Source: the human T2T-CHM13v2.0 reference genome, Homo sapiens. Taken from it: DNA of 64,000 bases. The number at the start of each line of letters is the position of its first letter. Position 1 is the first letter of the stretch. The translations under genes were made by a program, and so were the position numbers. Under the pieces are notes generated by a model that did not search any database, was not told where the DNA came from, and saw nothing but the letters and a program-made list of their open reading frames with translations. Location: NCBI RefSeq assembly GCF_009914755.1, contig NC_060929.1; one strand, written 5' to 3'. Below are positions 16,809 to 32,571 of the stretch, in pieces.

Positions 16809-17777
16809 CTGAAAACAGAGAGGAATATTCAGTGTGTCAAGAGAGAAATTCTTGGAATCATAACTAATGAAATACATATAACTTATTTATTTGCTTGTTT
16901 TTCCAGTAAAGAAAAGAAAAATAAGGTAATCCGTGAATAAAAACCATACTTGGGTCTTTGTTATTTGAAAAACTTGAATACTACTACAAAAATAACTTTT
17001 TCTTCAAGAAAATAAACTACCCCTTGCCCACAGATACATAAACACACACAAATATCATACACAAACTGAATCATCAGATATATTTGCAGACAAGTAGCCA
17101 GAAGGATAGAAACTTTTCCAAGAAATTATGAGACTAAGTAAAATGGTGCTTTTTATCTTGTCTTTCTCAGTTTGAAGCACTTAATTTGTCCTTCTCTTTA
17201 AAGTAAAACAAAACCAGACAAGTAAAAAAATTTATGAAAATAGTGGTTTTTGTGGCTTTTCTTATTATGTTACAATCATACACAGGTCTAGGAAAATAGC
17301 ATGGATTTGCTCCTACAATTCCCAACTAGTCTGACTAATTCCCTAAAGTAAATGCTTTAATAAGATAAAGACTAATTCCACAATGAAAACCATTGTAAAT
17401 GCTTCAAAAGGAGATAAAGTAGGAGGAGCATGGCTGTTTCACACTTTGAGGAAAATTTATGCTATGAAATGTATCAAATAATCTTCCAAAAAGAACATAT
17501 GGTAGAAATATGAATAAGAGCTGAATCCTCATTCTCTCTCTTTTTCTATCATCTTGTTTGTAAACAGAACAGAAGAATAACGGAAATTAAAATCCAAAAT
17601 ATTTTCATACTTCTGGCAATCACTGTAAAAATAACTAGAATACCAGAATAAAGTACATTTGTATGGTGCTTGAATATGAATGGGTCATTTTACCTTTACA
17701 TATTTTATTACTCTTAATGGAAATTGAATTTCTCTAAAATGTGGTCCCCTTTTTTTAAAAAATTAAACATAGTATTA

Positions 17778-18047
<270 letters not shown>

Positions 18048-18354
18048 CTATGGCAAATTTATAATTCACGTAGACATCATTCCCTGCTTATATGCCTGAT
18101 TGTGTAGGTTTCTTTCCCCCTTTTCTAAAATTTCACCTTTATTTTAATTGGTGGTGCAACTTAAAGGGGGACTTGCTCAGCAGTTTTCAGGTTTAAAAAT
18201 TTCAGGTATTTCCATTATTTATTTATAACATAATTATATATTTATAATGTATTTTATATTTCTATATTCCATTATATATTTACAATTTTGGTAAAAAGGG
18301 ATCATAGTGAAGGTAATTGAATGTTTTTTAAAAAAATAAATGAAAGAAAAACAA

Positions 18355-18643
18355 TTTTTTTTTTGAGATGGAGTCTTGCTCTGTCACCCAGCCTGGAGTG
18401 CAATGGTGCCATGTCAGCTCACTGCAACCTCTGCCTCCTGAGTAGAGATTCTCCTGCCTCAGCCTCCTGAGTAGCTGGGATTACAGGCACCTGCCACTAT
18501 GCCCATCTAATTTTTGTATTTTTAGTAGAGACAGGGTTTCACCATGTTAGTCAGGCTGGCCTTGAACTCCTGACCTCAGGTGATCCACCTGCTTTGGCCT
18601 CCCAAAGTGCTGGGATTACAGGCGTGAGCCACCGTGCCTGGCC
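18355..18643 (-). mobile_element. AluS
   Basis: Full dimer; TSD aagaaaaacaatttttt. Confidence 0.9.
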
Positions 18644-19499
18644 AAGAAAAACAATTTTTTAAAAAAACCTAAGAAAATAAAATAACCTTGTCTAACAAAC
18701 AGAAGTTTCTGCTACATATGTTACTGAAGCTGATACAAAAACTCTGCCACATCAAGCAAGGATATGGTAGTTATAAAATAAAACTAAATTTGTACCTGCC
18801 TTAAGCATATCATAGTCTGTGAACTTGGCTTTAGCATGGATATAAATTTTTATGAGATTAGCAAATCAAAACTAAAATTAATTATAGCTTTAAATTTGAT
18901 TAATTCTTATGAAATTAGCCAAGGATAAATATAAAATATAGTATTATATTTGAATAATTAAAACACTAATTTTGTTTGTGAATAAATACACACAGCAATT
19001 TGAGCATTTTCATTTTGTCATTGAAATTTGTGTTTTTTAAGGCTGAAGTTAAAAATAGGCTTAGGTAACTGCAATTTTAAAAAACAGAGTACATATCATA
19101 ACTACAGTATATTGGAAAAATAGCAATAAATGTGGACTTGTTGTATTAAAAGCAGCACAAGATAAAGCTACTATTTGTAAGTATGTAATTATTGACTGAA
19201 ATCATGACTTAAAATATTTTCTTTTGTAATTCTACTTCATCACTTTGACCATATCTAATTATGCTGCTAAAACTTCTATTTGAAATAAAGAAGACTACTT
19301 CTAATAAAGGAAATAAAGCAGAAAGATGAAATGACATGGCTACATCTCAGTGAAGTTCTTAGAAATCATGTTTCTGCAGGTTGACGGTAAGCAAAGAAAA
19401 AGAAAATCGACTGGGTGGTAGAGTCAATGATAAATTAGAGACAGCACATTCCAGTATAGGAGATGACTGCTACAGTTGAATGTTGTTATGCAAGAAGAT

Positions 19500-19685
19500 A
19501 GTCCAATATTGTCAGTCTGTTTTTTCAAGAGAAGATGAAAACTTAATTTTTTTTTCCATCTAAACTCTTCTTGTTTTTAAATGTAACAATTGATTCAAAG
19601 TTTTGTTACAAAAAATACTGTGGGAGGCTAAAATATGTATGTAGATAAAAATTGGTCCCTAAATTGCCAACTTACGACCTCTGGC
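19500..19685. mobile_element. MER103-like hAT fragment
   Basis: ttttttcaagagaagatgaaaact...aaaatactgtggg...ttacgacctctgg. Confidence 0.45.
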
Positions 19686-22048
19686 CTGAGTCTATGTTTT
19701 CTTCCATTTTCAATGTTTCTAGGCTATAGAACTTCTATCTAACTTATAATGTGATTTTTAGCGTTAGGTTAATGATTAATTTTGCCATACTGAGCATAGA
19801 AATAACAAGTAATAAATAAAATAATTTCTTCCCAAACTGATAATAAAACTACTTGTATTTATTTTTATATGATTCTCATGAATTAAATTACCCAAAATGT
19901 CCATGAATCTTACTGGAAATTTTTTCATTATTACCCAATACAGTTCTTCTCTCATTTTTTTATCATAATGCTTTGGAATTTAATATAGCATTTTGTGCAT
20001 TAGGCTTTAAAAAGAGAAGCTGAGTCTTCTGTTTATTCAATTTTAACATTAATTATGTAACGTAATATTTGATAGGCAGGACATATAAATACTATGGTTA
20101 TATTCCTTAGCCCACTATACTAAGTGATGAAAATGGGAATAAGTTTCTTGTTTACTGCTGAAGATGTGTTCAGCTTCTTCTGATACAATGAGCTTTCAGA
20201 AAAGGTACCACTAGAGTGACATCAGCAAGATGGTGGAAGAGGAGCTTTCTACTATCATCTCCCTGCAGAAGGATCAATTTTGACAGCTACTTATAGACAA
20301 GTGTACCTTTATGGGACTCCAGCAGAAAAGTTCCAGCATGCCATTGGAGAAAAAAAAAAATTCCCCAAACAGACAAATCGAAGAGGTTTAAGACCAGTTT
20401 AATTTCACCTGTATCACACCTCCCTCAAGGCAGCACAGCTCAGTGAAAAGAGAGACTCCCTGCCACCCTCCCCAGCCTTTGATTCTCCCACAGGGGAAAG
20501 TGAGAGTATAGAGAGTAAGCACCAAGCTTCCCTAGCTGTGTGGGACGCTGCCCAAGAGTCCTACTGTTTTCTTGCCTCATCCAGAATACTGAGGTGATCA
20601 GCATGGCTGAGTGGTTGGAAGAGGCTGGGAGCAGAGAAGAGAGGCCATAGGCCCAAGTAACCACTCCATGGACTCTGTTGGGAAGCCAACTCATGAGCCA
20701 TTTGAGATGTTTTGCCTATGGGCCACCTCATAACTAGTCAACAGTTGCCTCAAAAACTCTGCATGCCCCATTCTCCCCCAACTGCTGTAGGCCAGCAGCC
20801 CAAGCATGCTCCTATGGACTGAAAGTAAGCATTTTATGCAGACAGCCAACACAACTTTGCAGGATTGGGAGAAGTCATACAACTTGAGCATTTAGGGAAC
20901 CACCCTAGAAAAAACAAACAGGCAGCTCTCAGCACCTGGTCCAGCTTTGTGGAATTCAGAGAGGGATACATTCTTAAGAATTCCTCCCCAAGAGAGAATA
21001 AGAGGTGTGGAGTAGGGACATCCATAGAAAAGGTCTGAGAGAGCCTCAGAATCTTTAACTGGGCTGTTTGGTAAAGACATTTTTCTCTGGAAGCCAGTTA
21101 GTAAAGACTGCGTTCTCCACATGCAAAGACAGCAACACAGTACTTCAAGAAACCAGAAGAAAAATCAAGAAAACATGATACCACCAAAGAAACATGGTAA
21201 TATTCCAATAACCAACCCCAAAGACATGGAGCTCTATGAATGGCATGAAAAAGAATCCAAAATAATTGTTTTAAGGAAGGTGAGGGAGCTATAAGAGAAC
21301 ACAGACAACTTAATGAAATCAGAAAAACAATACATGAACAAAGTGAGAAGTTCAATAGATAGAAATCATTAATAAAAACAGATTCTGGAGGTAAAGAAAA
21401 CAATGAATAAAATGAAAAATGTAATAGCATCAACAGTAGACTTGATCCAGCAGAAGAAAGAATTTATGAACTTGAAGAGGGGTCATTTAAAAATCTCCAG
21501 TCAGGCAAAAAAGAACAAAAAGGATTTATGGGACATCACCAAGATAACTACATTTTCACATTATAGGAATCTTAGGTGGAAAAGAAAGTGGAATAGGCTT
21601 ATTTAAAGAAATAATGGCTGAAAAATTCCCAAATCTAGAGAGCAATATGGACATTCAAATACATGAAGCTCAAAGATCTCTAATAAGGCTGAACCCAATG
21701 AAGACTTCACACACACATTATAATTAAACTGTCAAAAATCAAGGACAAAGAATTTTGAAGGCAAGAGAAAAAAGATTCATAACATACAAGGGAACTCCAT
21801 AGGTCTATCAGCAGATTTCTCAGCAGAATCCCTGCTGGCCAGAAGAGGCTGATAGCTACACTAATTTGTGAATGGACTACGATATAAAAAGATGTAGACT
21901 GTAACATGAAAAATATAAAATAGAAGAGTAAAAGTGTCAAATTTTTGTATATGATTGAAGGTAAGTTGCTAATAGCTTAAAACAGACTATTATAACTATA
22001 GATTTTTATATAAGCCTCATGGTAATCACAAAGCAAAATACCTAAAGC

Positions 22049-22668
22049 ATATATATATATATATATATATGAAATATATATAATACATTATATATATGAA
22101 ATATATATAATACATTATATATGAAATATATATAATACATGATATATATGAAATATATATAATACATGATATATATGAAATATATATAATACATGATATA
22201 TATGAAATATATATAATACATGATATATATGAAATATATATAATACATGATATATATGAAATATATATAATACATGATATATATGAAATATATATAATAC
22301 ATGATATATATGAAATATATATAATACATGATATATATGAAATATATAATACATGATATATATGAAATATATATAACACATATGTATGAAATATATATAA
22401 CACATATGTATGAAATATATATAACACATATGTATGAAATATATATAACACATATGTATGAAATATATATAACACATATGTATGAAATATATATATAACA
22501 CATATGTATGAAATATATATATAACACATATGTATGAAATATATATATAACACATATGTATGAAATATATATATAATACATATGTATAAATATATATATA
22601 ATACATATATATGAAATATATATAATACATATATATGAAATATATATAAAATACATATATATATGAAA
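22049..22668. repeat. AT-rich minisatellite (24-27 bp units) within the L1
   Basis: Units gaaatatatataatacatgatatatat and gaaatatatataacacatatgtat, preceded by (AT)n. Confidence 0.95.
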
Positions 22669-23586
22669 TCAAAGCATACTACTACAGAAAATCATCAAAT
22701 TACAAAGGAAGACAGCAAAGAAAAATAAAGGAACAAAAAAAGTCTACAAAACTGCCAAAAACAATTGACAAGATATAACTAGTAAGTAATTATTGAAAAA
22801 TAATTACTTTAAATGTAAATGGATTAAATTCTACAATGAAAAACAAAATGAATTTTTTTTAAAAAAAAACAAGACAACTCTATATTGCCTACAAGTGACT
22901 CACTTCAGATTTAATAACACACATAGTCTAAAAGTTAAGTGATGGGAAAATATATTCCATGGAAACAGAAACCAAAAGAGAGCTGGGAGAGCTATACTTA
23001 TATCAGACAAAATAGGCTATTAGTCAAAAACTGTAATAAGAGACAAAGAAAGTCATTATATAATGATAAAGGAGTCAATTCATGAATTCAGTACAATTTA
23101 CCATTGTAAATATGCACCCAACATTGGAATACCTAAATATATAAAGCAATATTAAAATACAATGAGAGAAATAGAAAGCAATTCAATAGGAAGATACTTC
23201 AGTAGTCTACTTTCAACAATGGATAGATCATCCAGACAGGGTACCAATAAGAAAAAGATGCACTTGAATTATACTTTAGAGCAAATAGAATAAATAGACA
23301 TACAAAAAATTCCATCCAGAAGCATCAAAACATACTGTCTTTTCAAGCCCACACAGAAAATTTTCCAAGATACATACATGTTAGGCCACAAAACAAGTCT
23401 TAACACATTTAAGATTGAAATCATATCAAGTATTTTTCTGACCACAATGGTATAAAACTACAAATCAGTTACAAAAAGAAAACTGGAAAATTCACAAATA
23501 TGTGGAAATTAAAGAACATGCTCCTGAACCATCAATGGGCCAAAGAAGAAATAAAAAATTAAATCTAAAAGTATCTTATGACCTGT

Positions 23587-23915
<329 letters not shown>

Positions 23916-26900
23916 CCTTATGACAAATAAAAATAGAAACACAGCATTCCAAAACTTATGAGATGCTGGAGATGCACTTCAAGGAAAAAGGATTATAGCA
24001 ATAAATGTCTAACATGAAAAAAGGAGAAAGATTTCAAACAACTTAACTTTACATCTCAAGGAACTAGAAAAGGAAGAACAACCTAACCCCAAAGTTAGAA
24101 GAAGGAAGGAAATAACAAAGCTCAGGGCAGAAATAGATAGAGAAAATAAAATAAATTGAAAAGATAAACAAAATTGAGTTGATTTTTTTTAAGATAAACA
24201 AAATTGACATACCTTTAGCTATACTAGGAGAGAAAGAGAAAAGCCTCAAATAAAAATCAGAAATGGAAGAGGAGACATTACAACAGACACCACAGAAATG
24301 CAAAGGACCATGAGACTGCTATGAACACTTATATGTCAACAAGTTAGATAAACTAGAAGAAATGAATAAAGTTCTAGAGACATAAAACAAAGACTGAATC
24401 ATGAACAAATAGAAAATCTGAACAGAACAATAATAAGAAGAGAGGTTGAAACAGTAAAAAAAAAAAAAACCTCTCATCAAATAAAAGTGCGATACCTTAT
24501 ACTTCACCAGTGAATTATACCAAACATTTAAAGAAGAATTAATACCAATTTTTCTCACACTTTTTCAAAAACATTGCAGAGAAGGGAATACTCCAAATAC
24601 ATTTTATGAGGGCAGCATTACCCTAATAACAAGCCAGACAAAGATACTAACAGAAAAGAAAATTATAAGCCAATATCCCTGATGAACATGGATGCAAAAG
24701 TTTTCAACAAAATACTAGCAAATTAATTAAATGGCAAAAATTAAAAGGATCATTCATCATGATCAAGTAGGGTTTATCCTGAGGATGCAAGGATGGTTCA
24801 ACATACACAAATCAGGCACTGTAATACACCATATTAACAAAATGAAGGACAAAATCCAAATGATCATTGCAATAGATGCAAAAACAGCATCTGACAAAAT
24901 TCAACATGTTTTCATTATAAAAATTAAGTACAGAAAGAATATACCTCAACACAATAAATGTCCCATACAACAAGCCCACAGCTAACATCATACTCAGTGA
25001 TGAAAGGCTGACATTTTTTCCTCTAAGATCAGGAACAAGGTAACGATGCCCATTCTCACTACTTCTATTCAACATAGTACTGAAGTCCTAGTCACAGGAA
25101 GTAAGCAAGAAAAAGAAATAAAAGGCATGCAAGATGGAATGGAAGAAGAAAAATTGTCTCTGTTTGCTGACAACATATTCTTATACATAGAAAACCCTAA
25201 AGGCTCCACCAAAAAACTGTTAAAACTAATACAAAAATTCAGTAAATACGGATACAAAAATCAACATACAAAAATCAGTCCATTTCTATACACTAACAAT
25301 TAATTACATAAGATAGAAATTAAGAAAACAATCTTATTTACAATAGCCTAAAAATACTTAGGTATAACACTGATGAAAAAAATTGAAGAAGACACAAATA
25401 ATGGAAAGATGTCACGTGTTCATGGATTGGAAAGATCAATATTGTCAAAATGTCCATACTTCCCAAAGTGATCCATGGATTTGATGCAATCTCTATGAAA
25501 ATTCCAATGACGTTTTTCACAAAAATAGAAAAAGCAATCCTAAAATTCATATGAAACTAAAAAGGACTCCAGATAGCCACAGCAATCTTGAGCAAGAACA
25601 ACAAAACTAGAGGCATCACACTTCCTGATTTTGAACTATATTACTAACCTGTAGCAATCAGAACAGTATAGTACTTTATTAAAACAGATAAGTAGAGCAA
25701 TGGGACAAATATTAAGCCTGAAAATAAGCCCATGCATATATAGTCAACTAATCTTTGACAAAGGTACCAAGAAAATAGAGTGAGGAGAGGGCAGTCTCTT
25801 CAATAAGTGATGCTGGGGAAAATAGATGGTCACGTGCAAAAAAAAAAAAAAAGAATAAAGAAAGAAAAAGAAATTGGATACTTATACCATACACAAAAAT
25901 CAACTGAAATGGGATTAAAGAATTAAACGTAAGACTACTAGAAGAAAACATAAGGGCAAAGCTCCAGCACAATGGTCTTGGCAACGATTTTTTGGATATG
26001 ACACCAAAAGCACAGACAAAAAATGCCAAAATAAACAAGCGAGACTATGTCAAACTAAAAAGTTTCTGGACAGCAAAGGAAACAATCAACAAAATGAAAA
26101 GGCAATCCACAGAATAGGAGAAAATACCCAAAACATATAAGGAACTCATACAACTCAATAGTAAAAAAAAAAAAATCTAATTAAAAAATAGGCAAATAAT
26201 GTGAATAGACTTTTTTTTTTCCCAAAGAAGAGATACAAATGGCAACAGGTACATGAAAAGGTGTGCAAAATCACTAATCATCAGGGAAATGCAAATAAAA
26301 ACCACCATGAGATATTACCTCACACATGTTAGGATGGCTATTACAAAAAAGTCACAAGATCACAAGTGTAGGTAAGGATGTGGAGAAAAGAAAACTCTTA
26401 TATACATTATTGGTGGGAATGTAAACTGGCAGTGCCATTATGGAAAACAGTATGCAGCCTTCTCCAAAAATTAAAAATAGAATAACCATATGATCCAGCA
26501 ATCCCACTTCTGGGTATATATCCAAAGGACATGAAATCACTATCTTGAAGAGATACCTACACTCCCATGTTCATTGAAGCATTATTCACATTAGTCAAGA
26601 TATGGAAACAACCCAAGTGTCTGTCAACAGATGAATGGATAAGAAAATTGTTTTATATAGACATATGTAATGAAATATCATTCCATCTTAAATAAGAAAG
26701 AAATAAAGAAATCCTGGGGCACATAATGCTAAGTGAAATAAGCCAGATACAAATACTGTATGATCTCACTTATATGTGGAATCTAAAAAAGTCAAACTCA
26801 TAGAAACAGAGAGAGCTTATCAGGGATTGGGTGGAAATAGGGAGATGTTGCTCAAAGGGTACAAGCTTTCAGTTATAAGAGGGATCAGTTCTAGAGATCT

Positions 26901-27149
26901 AATATAGTATAGTTAAGAATAATGTATAGTATACTTTAAATTTGTTAAGAGAGTAGATCTTAGGTATTCACATCATACACACAAAAAAGGTAAATATGTG
27001 AGGTGACGGATACATTAATTAGCTTGATTATGGTAATCATTTCACAGCATATATGTATATCAAAACATTACATTGTACACCTTAACTATATACAATTTTT
27101 ATTTGTCAATTATATCTCAGTGAAACTGGGGAAAGAAAGGTAAGGCTGT

Positions 27150-27585
27150 TGTGATGGTTAATACAGAGTGTCAACTTGATTGGATTGAAGGATACAAAGT
27201 GTAGATCCTGGGCGTGTCTGTGAGGGTATTGCTAAAGGAGATTAACATTTGAGTCAGTGGCCTGGGAAAGGCAGACCCACCCTTAATCTGGTTGGGCACA
27301 ATCTAATCAGCTGCTAGCTAGGCTAGAATATAAGCAGGCAGAAAAATGTGAAAAGAGAGACTGGCCTAGCCTCCCAGACTATCTTTCTCCCATGCTGGAT
27401 GCTTCCTGCCCTCGAACATTTGACTCCAAATTCTTCAATTTTGAAACTCAGACTGGCTCTCCTTGCTCCTCAGCCTGTAGATGGCCTATTGTGGGACCTT
27501 GTGATCGTGTGAACTAATACTTAATAAACTTCCCTTTATATATATTCCATCAGTTCTGTCCCTCTAGAGAACCCTGACTAATACA
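27150..27585 (+). mobile_element. MLT2A (HERVL) solo LTR
   Basis: TGTGATGGTTAATAC...GAGAACCCTGACTAATACA termini; 5-bp TSD gctgt/gttgt; internal aataaa. Confidence 0.9.
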
Positions 27586-28061
27586 GTTGTTAATTCCAGA
27601 AAGAATTTAAAATGATTTTCTAAATGAAAGGTCATATTAACCAATTACCTTAAGTTAATGCTTAGTATGAATTTAGGATTAATTCACTTTGCATGAAATT
27701 ATGTAGATGGCAATTATTAAGTCTGTAAATTATTTCAGACACTTCTTCTTCTCCTATACTATGGCAAAACAATCCCAAAGGTATATGCACCTAATAAAAA
27801 AGATTCAAATACATGAAGCAAAATCTTTTTAAAAATGAAAGCAAAGCCATATAATAGTTGGAGATTTTAACACAGCACTCTCAATAATTGATAGAATGAG
27901 AGTAGAAAAAAATCAGAAAGAATATAAAAGATTGAAAACAACATTCTCAACCAAGTTGATCTCATAGATATCTATAGAACACTATGTAGCCAATAACTGC
28001 AGAAAACATTACTTTCCAAGTATACACAGAACATTCACCAAGAAAAGAGTATTCTCTAATC

Positions 28062-28351
<290 letters not shown>

Positions 28352-28869
28352 TAATCTTAATGCAATTAAATTATATATGAACAACAAGAAATTCTAGAAA
28401 ATTTCAAATATTTGGAAATTAAAACAAAACAGTTCTAAGTAACCCAGAGGTCAAAGAACTCACAATGTAAATAAAATAGTTTGAACTAAAAGCTATAAAA
28501 TATAACATCAAATTTTGGAAATGTAAAAGAGCGAAAGAAACTGAAAATAGATAAGAAAATAATAACTATAAGAGCAAAAATTAATAAGCTAGAAAAAAGA
28601 CAAATTACAGAAAAGAGTACCAAAGCCAAAATTTGGTTCTTTGAAAATATTAATAAAATTGATAAATCCCAAACAAGACTGACCAAGAAAAACAGTGAAA
28701 ACACAAATTATCAATACCAGAAATGAAAGCATACATCACTACATATTTTATAAATATTAATATTAAACGGCATAACAAGAGAATGTTATGATCAATTTTA
28801 TGTCAATAAACTGGACCACATGGATATAACATAAATTTCTTAAAGACACAAAATAAAAAACTGAAATAA

Positions 28870-29167
28870 GGCCAGGCATGGTGGCTCACACCTATAATCC
28901 CAGTACTTTGGCAGGCTGAGATTGAAGAATCCCTTGAGCTTAGGAGTTTGAGAACAGCCTAGACAACATAGGAAGATGTAGTCTCTAATAAAAATAAAAA
29001 TTAAAAATTAATTTGCCCAGCGTGGTGCCTAGCTACTCAGGAGGCTGAGGAGGGAGGATCTCTTGAGCTCAGGAGATTGAGCCTGCAGTGAGATATGATT
29101 GGGCCACTGCAGTGCAGCCTGGGCGACAGAGGGAGACCTTGTCTCAAAAAAAAAAAAAAAAAAGAAA
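28870..29167 (+). mobile_element. AluJ
   Basis: Diverged dimer with A-tail. Confidence 0.88.
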
Positions 29168-29562
29168 ACTCCACAAGAAAATAAAATAAAATAAAACAAC
29201 CATATAGCCCTTTTCTCTTAAGGGAGTTAAATTTTTAATAACAGGTTTTCACAAAGAAAATATCAAGCCTGGCTGGTTTTACTAGTGAAATCTATTCTAA
29301 GGAAGAGATAACACCAATCCTAAAATTCTTTTAAAAATAAATAAAGATTCTATTTTGGGAAACCAGAATGCATCTGATACCAAAACTTAGCAAAGACATC
29401 ATAAGAAGAATATTTACAAATTACAAGAAAAATATTTACAAATTTAAACACAGATGCAAATATCCACAATAAAACATTATCAATTAAGTTAAATACAATA
29501 ACACATAAAAAAATACATCATGATCACATGGGGTTTATCCTAGAAATATAAGCTTGGTTTGA

Positions 29563-29856
29563 GGTTGGGCCTGTTGGCTCACGCCTGTAATCCCAGCACT
29601 TTGGGAGGCTGAGATGGGTGGATTGCTTGACCCCAGGCATTGGAGACCAGCCTGGGCAACATGACAAAACCCCATCTCTACAAAAAATACAAAAATTAGC
29701 CAGGCATGGTGGCACACACCTGCAGTCCCAGCTACTCAGGAGGCTGAGGTGGGAGGATGCTTGAGCCCAGGAGGTTGAGGCTGCAGTGTGCTGTGATCAC
29801 ACCACTGCACTCCAGCCTTGGCAACAGAGCAAGACTCTCTCTCAAAAAAAAAAAAA
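29563..29856 (+). mobile_element. AluJ
   Basis: Dimer; TSD cttggtttga. Confidence 0.88.
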
Positions 29857-30092
29857 TCTTGGTTTGAGATTGTCAAATCTATCAGGTCACTCAGCATATT
29901 AATAGGATAAAGAATAAAAAATACAATCAATACATGTACAAATTATACTCTAGGCCCAATCCAGTGCATTAAGGCAAGAAAATGTAATAAAAGGCATAAA
30001 GATTCAAATAGATTGTCTCTATTTCAGGACAACATGACTGTTTAACAAAAAAATTCTGAGCATCTGTAAAACAATTAGAATATGGGAATTTA

Positions 30093-30474
<382 letters not shown>

Positions 30475-30789
30475 TCAGGAATCGATTTAGTAAAGTACAT
30501 GCAGGACCTTACACTTAAAGGAAAAACATAGCTGGGAGAAATTAAAGACATAAATAAATTGAGGGATATACCATGTTCAAAAATTGTAAAATTCAATAGG
30601 GTTTAATACTCAGTTTTTCCCTCAATTGATCTATAGATTCAACATAACACCATTCATAAGTCCAGCAGGTTTTTCTGCGGACATTAACAACTGATGCAAA
30701 AATTTACATGAAAATGCAAATCAGTTAGCATATTGGAAGAACTCTTATAAAAAACATCAAAGTTAATGGAACTTAAACTACCTGTGTTC

Positions 30790-31035
30790 CCGCATATTCT
30801 CACTCATAGGTGGGAATTGAACAATGAGAACACTTGGACACAGGGAGGGGAACATCACACACCGGAGACTGTTGTGGGGTAGGGGGAGGGGGGAGAGATA
30901 GCATTAGGAGATATACCTAATGTAAATGGCGAGTCAATGGGTGCAGCACACCAACATGGCACACGTATACATATGTAACAAACCTGTACATTGTGCACAT
31001 GCACCCTAGAACTTAATGTATAAAAAAAAAAAAAA
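30790..31035 (+). mobile_element. 5'-truncated L1PA 3' end (L1PA3-5 like)
   Basis: ccgcatattctcactcataggtgggaattgaacaatgag...G-rich tract...ccctagaacttaa plus A14 tail; shared flank ctgtgttc. Confidence 0.9.
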
Positions 31036-31931
31036 CTGTGTTCATGACTATACTCTAGTTATAGTAATCAAGTCAGTGTAGTACTGGCACAGGACTGACA
31101 GATCAACAAAACAAAACAGAAAATCCATAAATATACTACAGATACAAATCATACCAAAAATTATTTTGAGATAGATCATAGATGTAAATGTAAGGACTAA
31201 ACAATAAGACTTTTGGAAGAAAACATATGAAAATATTTTCTTAAGTTGAGGTAGGCAAAGATTCCTTAGGACACAAAACACAATGACCAGAAAGAAAAAT
31301 TATTTAAAAATTGGAATTAAAAACAGAAAAATTAAAAGCTTATATGGATAAAAACACCATTTAAAAAGCAATGGGAAAGCCACAGAATGTGACAAAACAT
31401 TTGTAAAACTTATAAATGACTACCACTTGAGAAGGTAAAACAACCCAATTAAAAATAGGCAAAAGATTTGAATAGACAGTACAAAAGGAGATATATAATG
31501 GCCAATAAATATATGAAAACGTGCTTAACATTATCATGAGAAAATGGAAACGGAAATTTCACTGAAATACCACTCTACTCCCACCAGAAGAAGACTGAAA
31601 AGACCAAATATTGACAAGGATGCACAACAAATAGAACCCTCAGACATTGTCGGTGAGAGTGAAATACGCTACAATCACTTTGGAAAAACATCTGGCAGTT
31701 TCTTTTAAAACTAAACTAAATTCACATGTAATCTATTGCCCAGCAATTCTACTCCTAAGTATTTACTCAAGGAAAATGAAAACATATGCTCACAAAATGA
31801 TAGTACACAAATGTTCATAGCAGTTTACTCATAACAGCTAAAAACTAGAAACAACCCAGGTGTCCATCACAGCAGAATGGAAAAACTGGTTATTATGATG
31901 GAATACTGCTCAGCAATAAAAAAGAATAAAC

Positions 31932-32027
31932 TTTTTTTTTTTTAAGAGAACTCCTAGACCCAAGTGATTCTCCCGCCTCAGCCTCCCAAGTAGCTGGGCT
32001 TACAGGTGTCTGCTACTGCGCTTGGCT
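31932..32027 (-). mobile_element. Partial FLAM/Alu monomer
   Basis: T-run, aactcct..caagtgattctcccgcctcagcctcccaagtagctggg. Confidence 0.7.
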
Positions 32028-32219
32028 AGAGTGAACCACTTCTATATACAGCAATGTAGATAGATCTCAAAAACATTAGGCTTAAAGAAGATTTACAATA
32101 GAATATGAAGTTCTGGAACAGGCAAAACTAAACTATGGTGAGAAAAAAAGTCAGAATGATGGTTGTCTCTTAGGAGGAGTAGGGAGAGGCAACTATTGAC
32201 TGCAAAGGACTATAATGAC

Positions 32220-32571
32220 TTTTATGGACTGAATGTTTGTGTCCCCCCAAAACCCGTATGTTGAAATCTTAATCCCCAATTTGAAGATGAGGCCTTTGGA
32301 AGGTAACTAGGTCATGACAGTGGAGCCCTCCGAATGGGAATAGTAGCCTTATAAGAAGGATCCCAGAGAGCTCTTTTCCCCACGCTTTCTGCCACATGAG
32401 GATACAATGAGAAAACAACAGTTCACAACCCAGAAGAGGGCCCTCACCAGACTCTAACCATGCTGACACTTTGATCTTGGATTTCCAGCCCCCAGTACCG
32501 AGAAATAAATTTCTATTTTAAGATCTCCAGTCTATGGTAACTTGTAATTACAGTCCAAACTGACTAAGGCA
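32220..32571 (+). mobile_element. MLT1A-type MaLR LTR
   Basis: tatggactgaatgtttgtgtcccccc...gggccctcaccagac...tgactaaggca. Confidence 0.85.

Noticed and set aside
22049-22668. CRISPR-like regular repeats
   Set aside because: Units are contiguous with no unique spacers, there are no cas genes, and the DNA is human
22026-22672. The three longest ORFs (175-204 aa, Y/I-rich)
   Set aside because: They are translations of the AT-rich minisatellite, not genes
24731-25303. Reverse transcriptase ORFs as a functional or domesticated RT
   Set aside because: Short remnants of L1MA ORF2 with stops and frameshifts; catalytic FADD is changed to FADN
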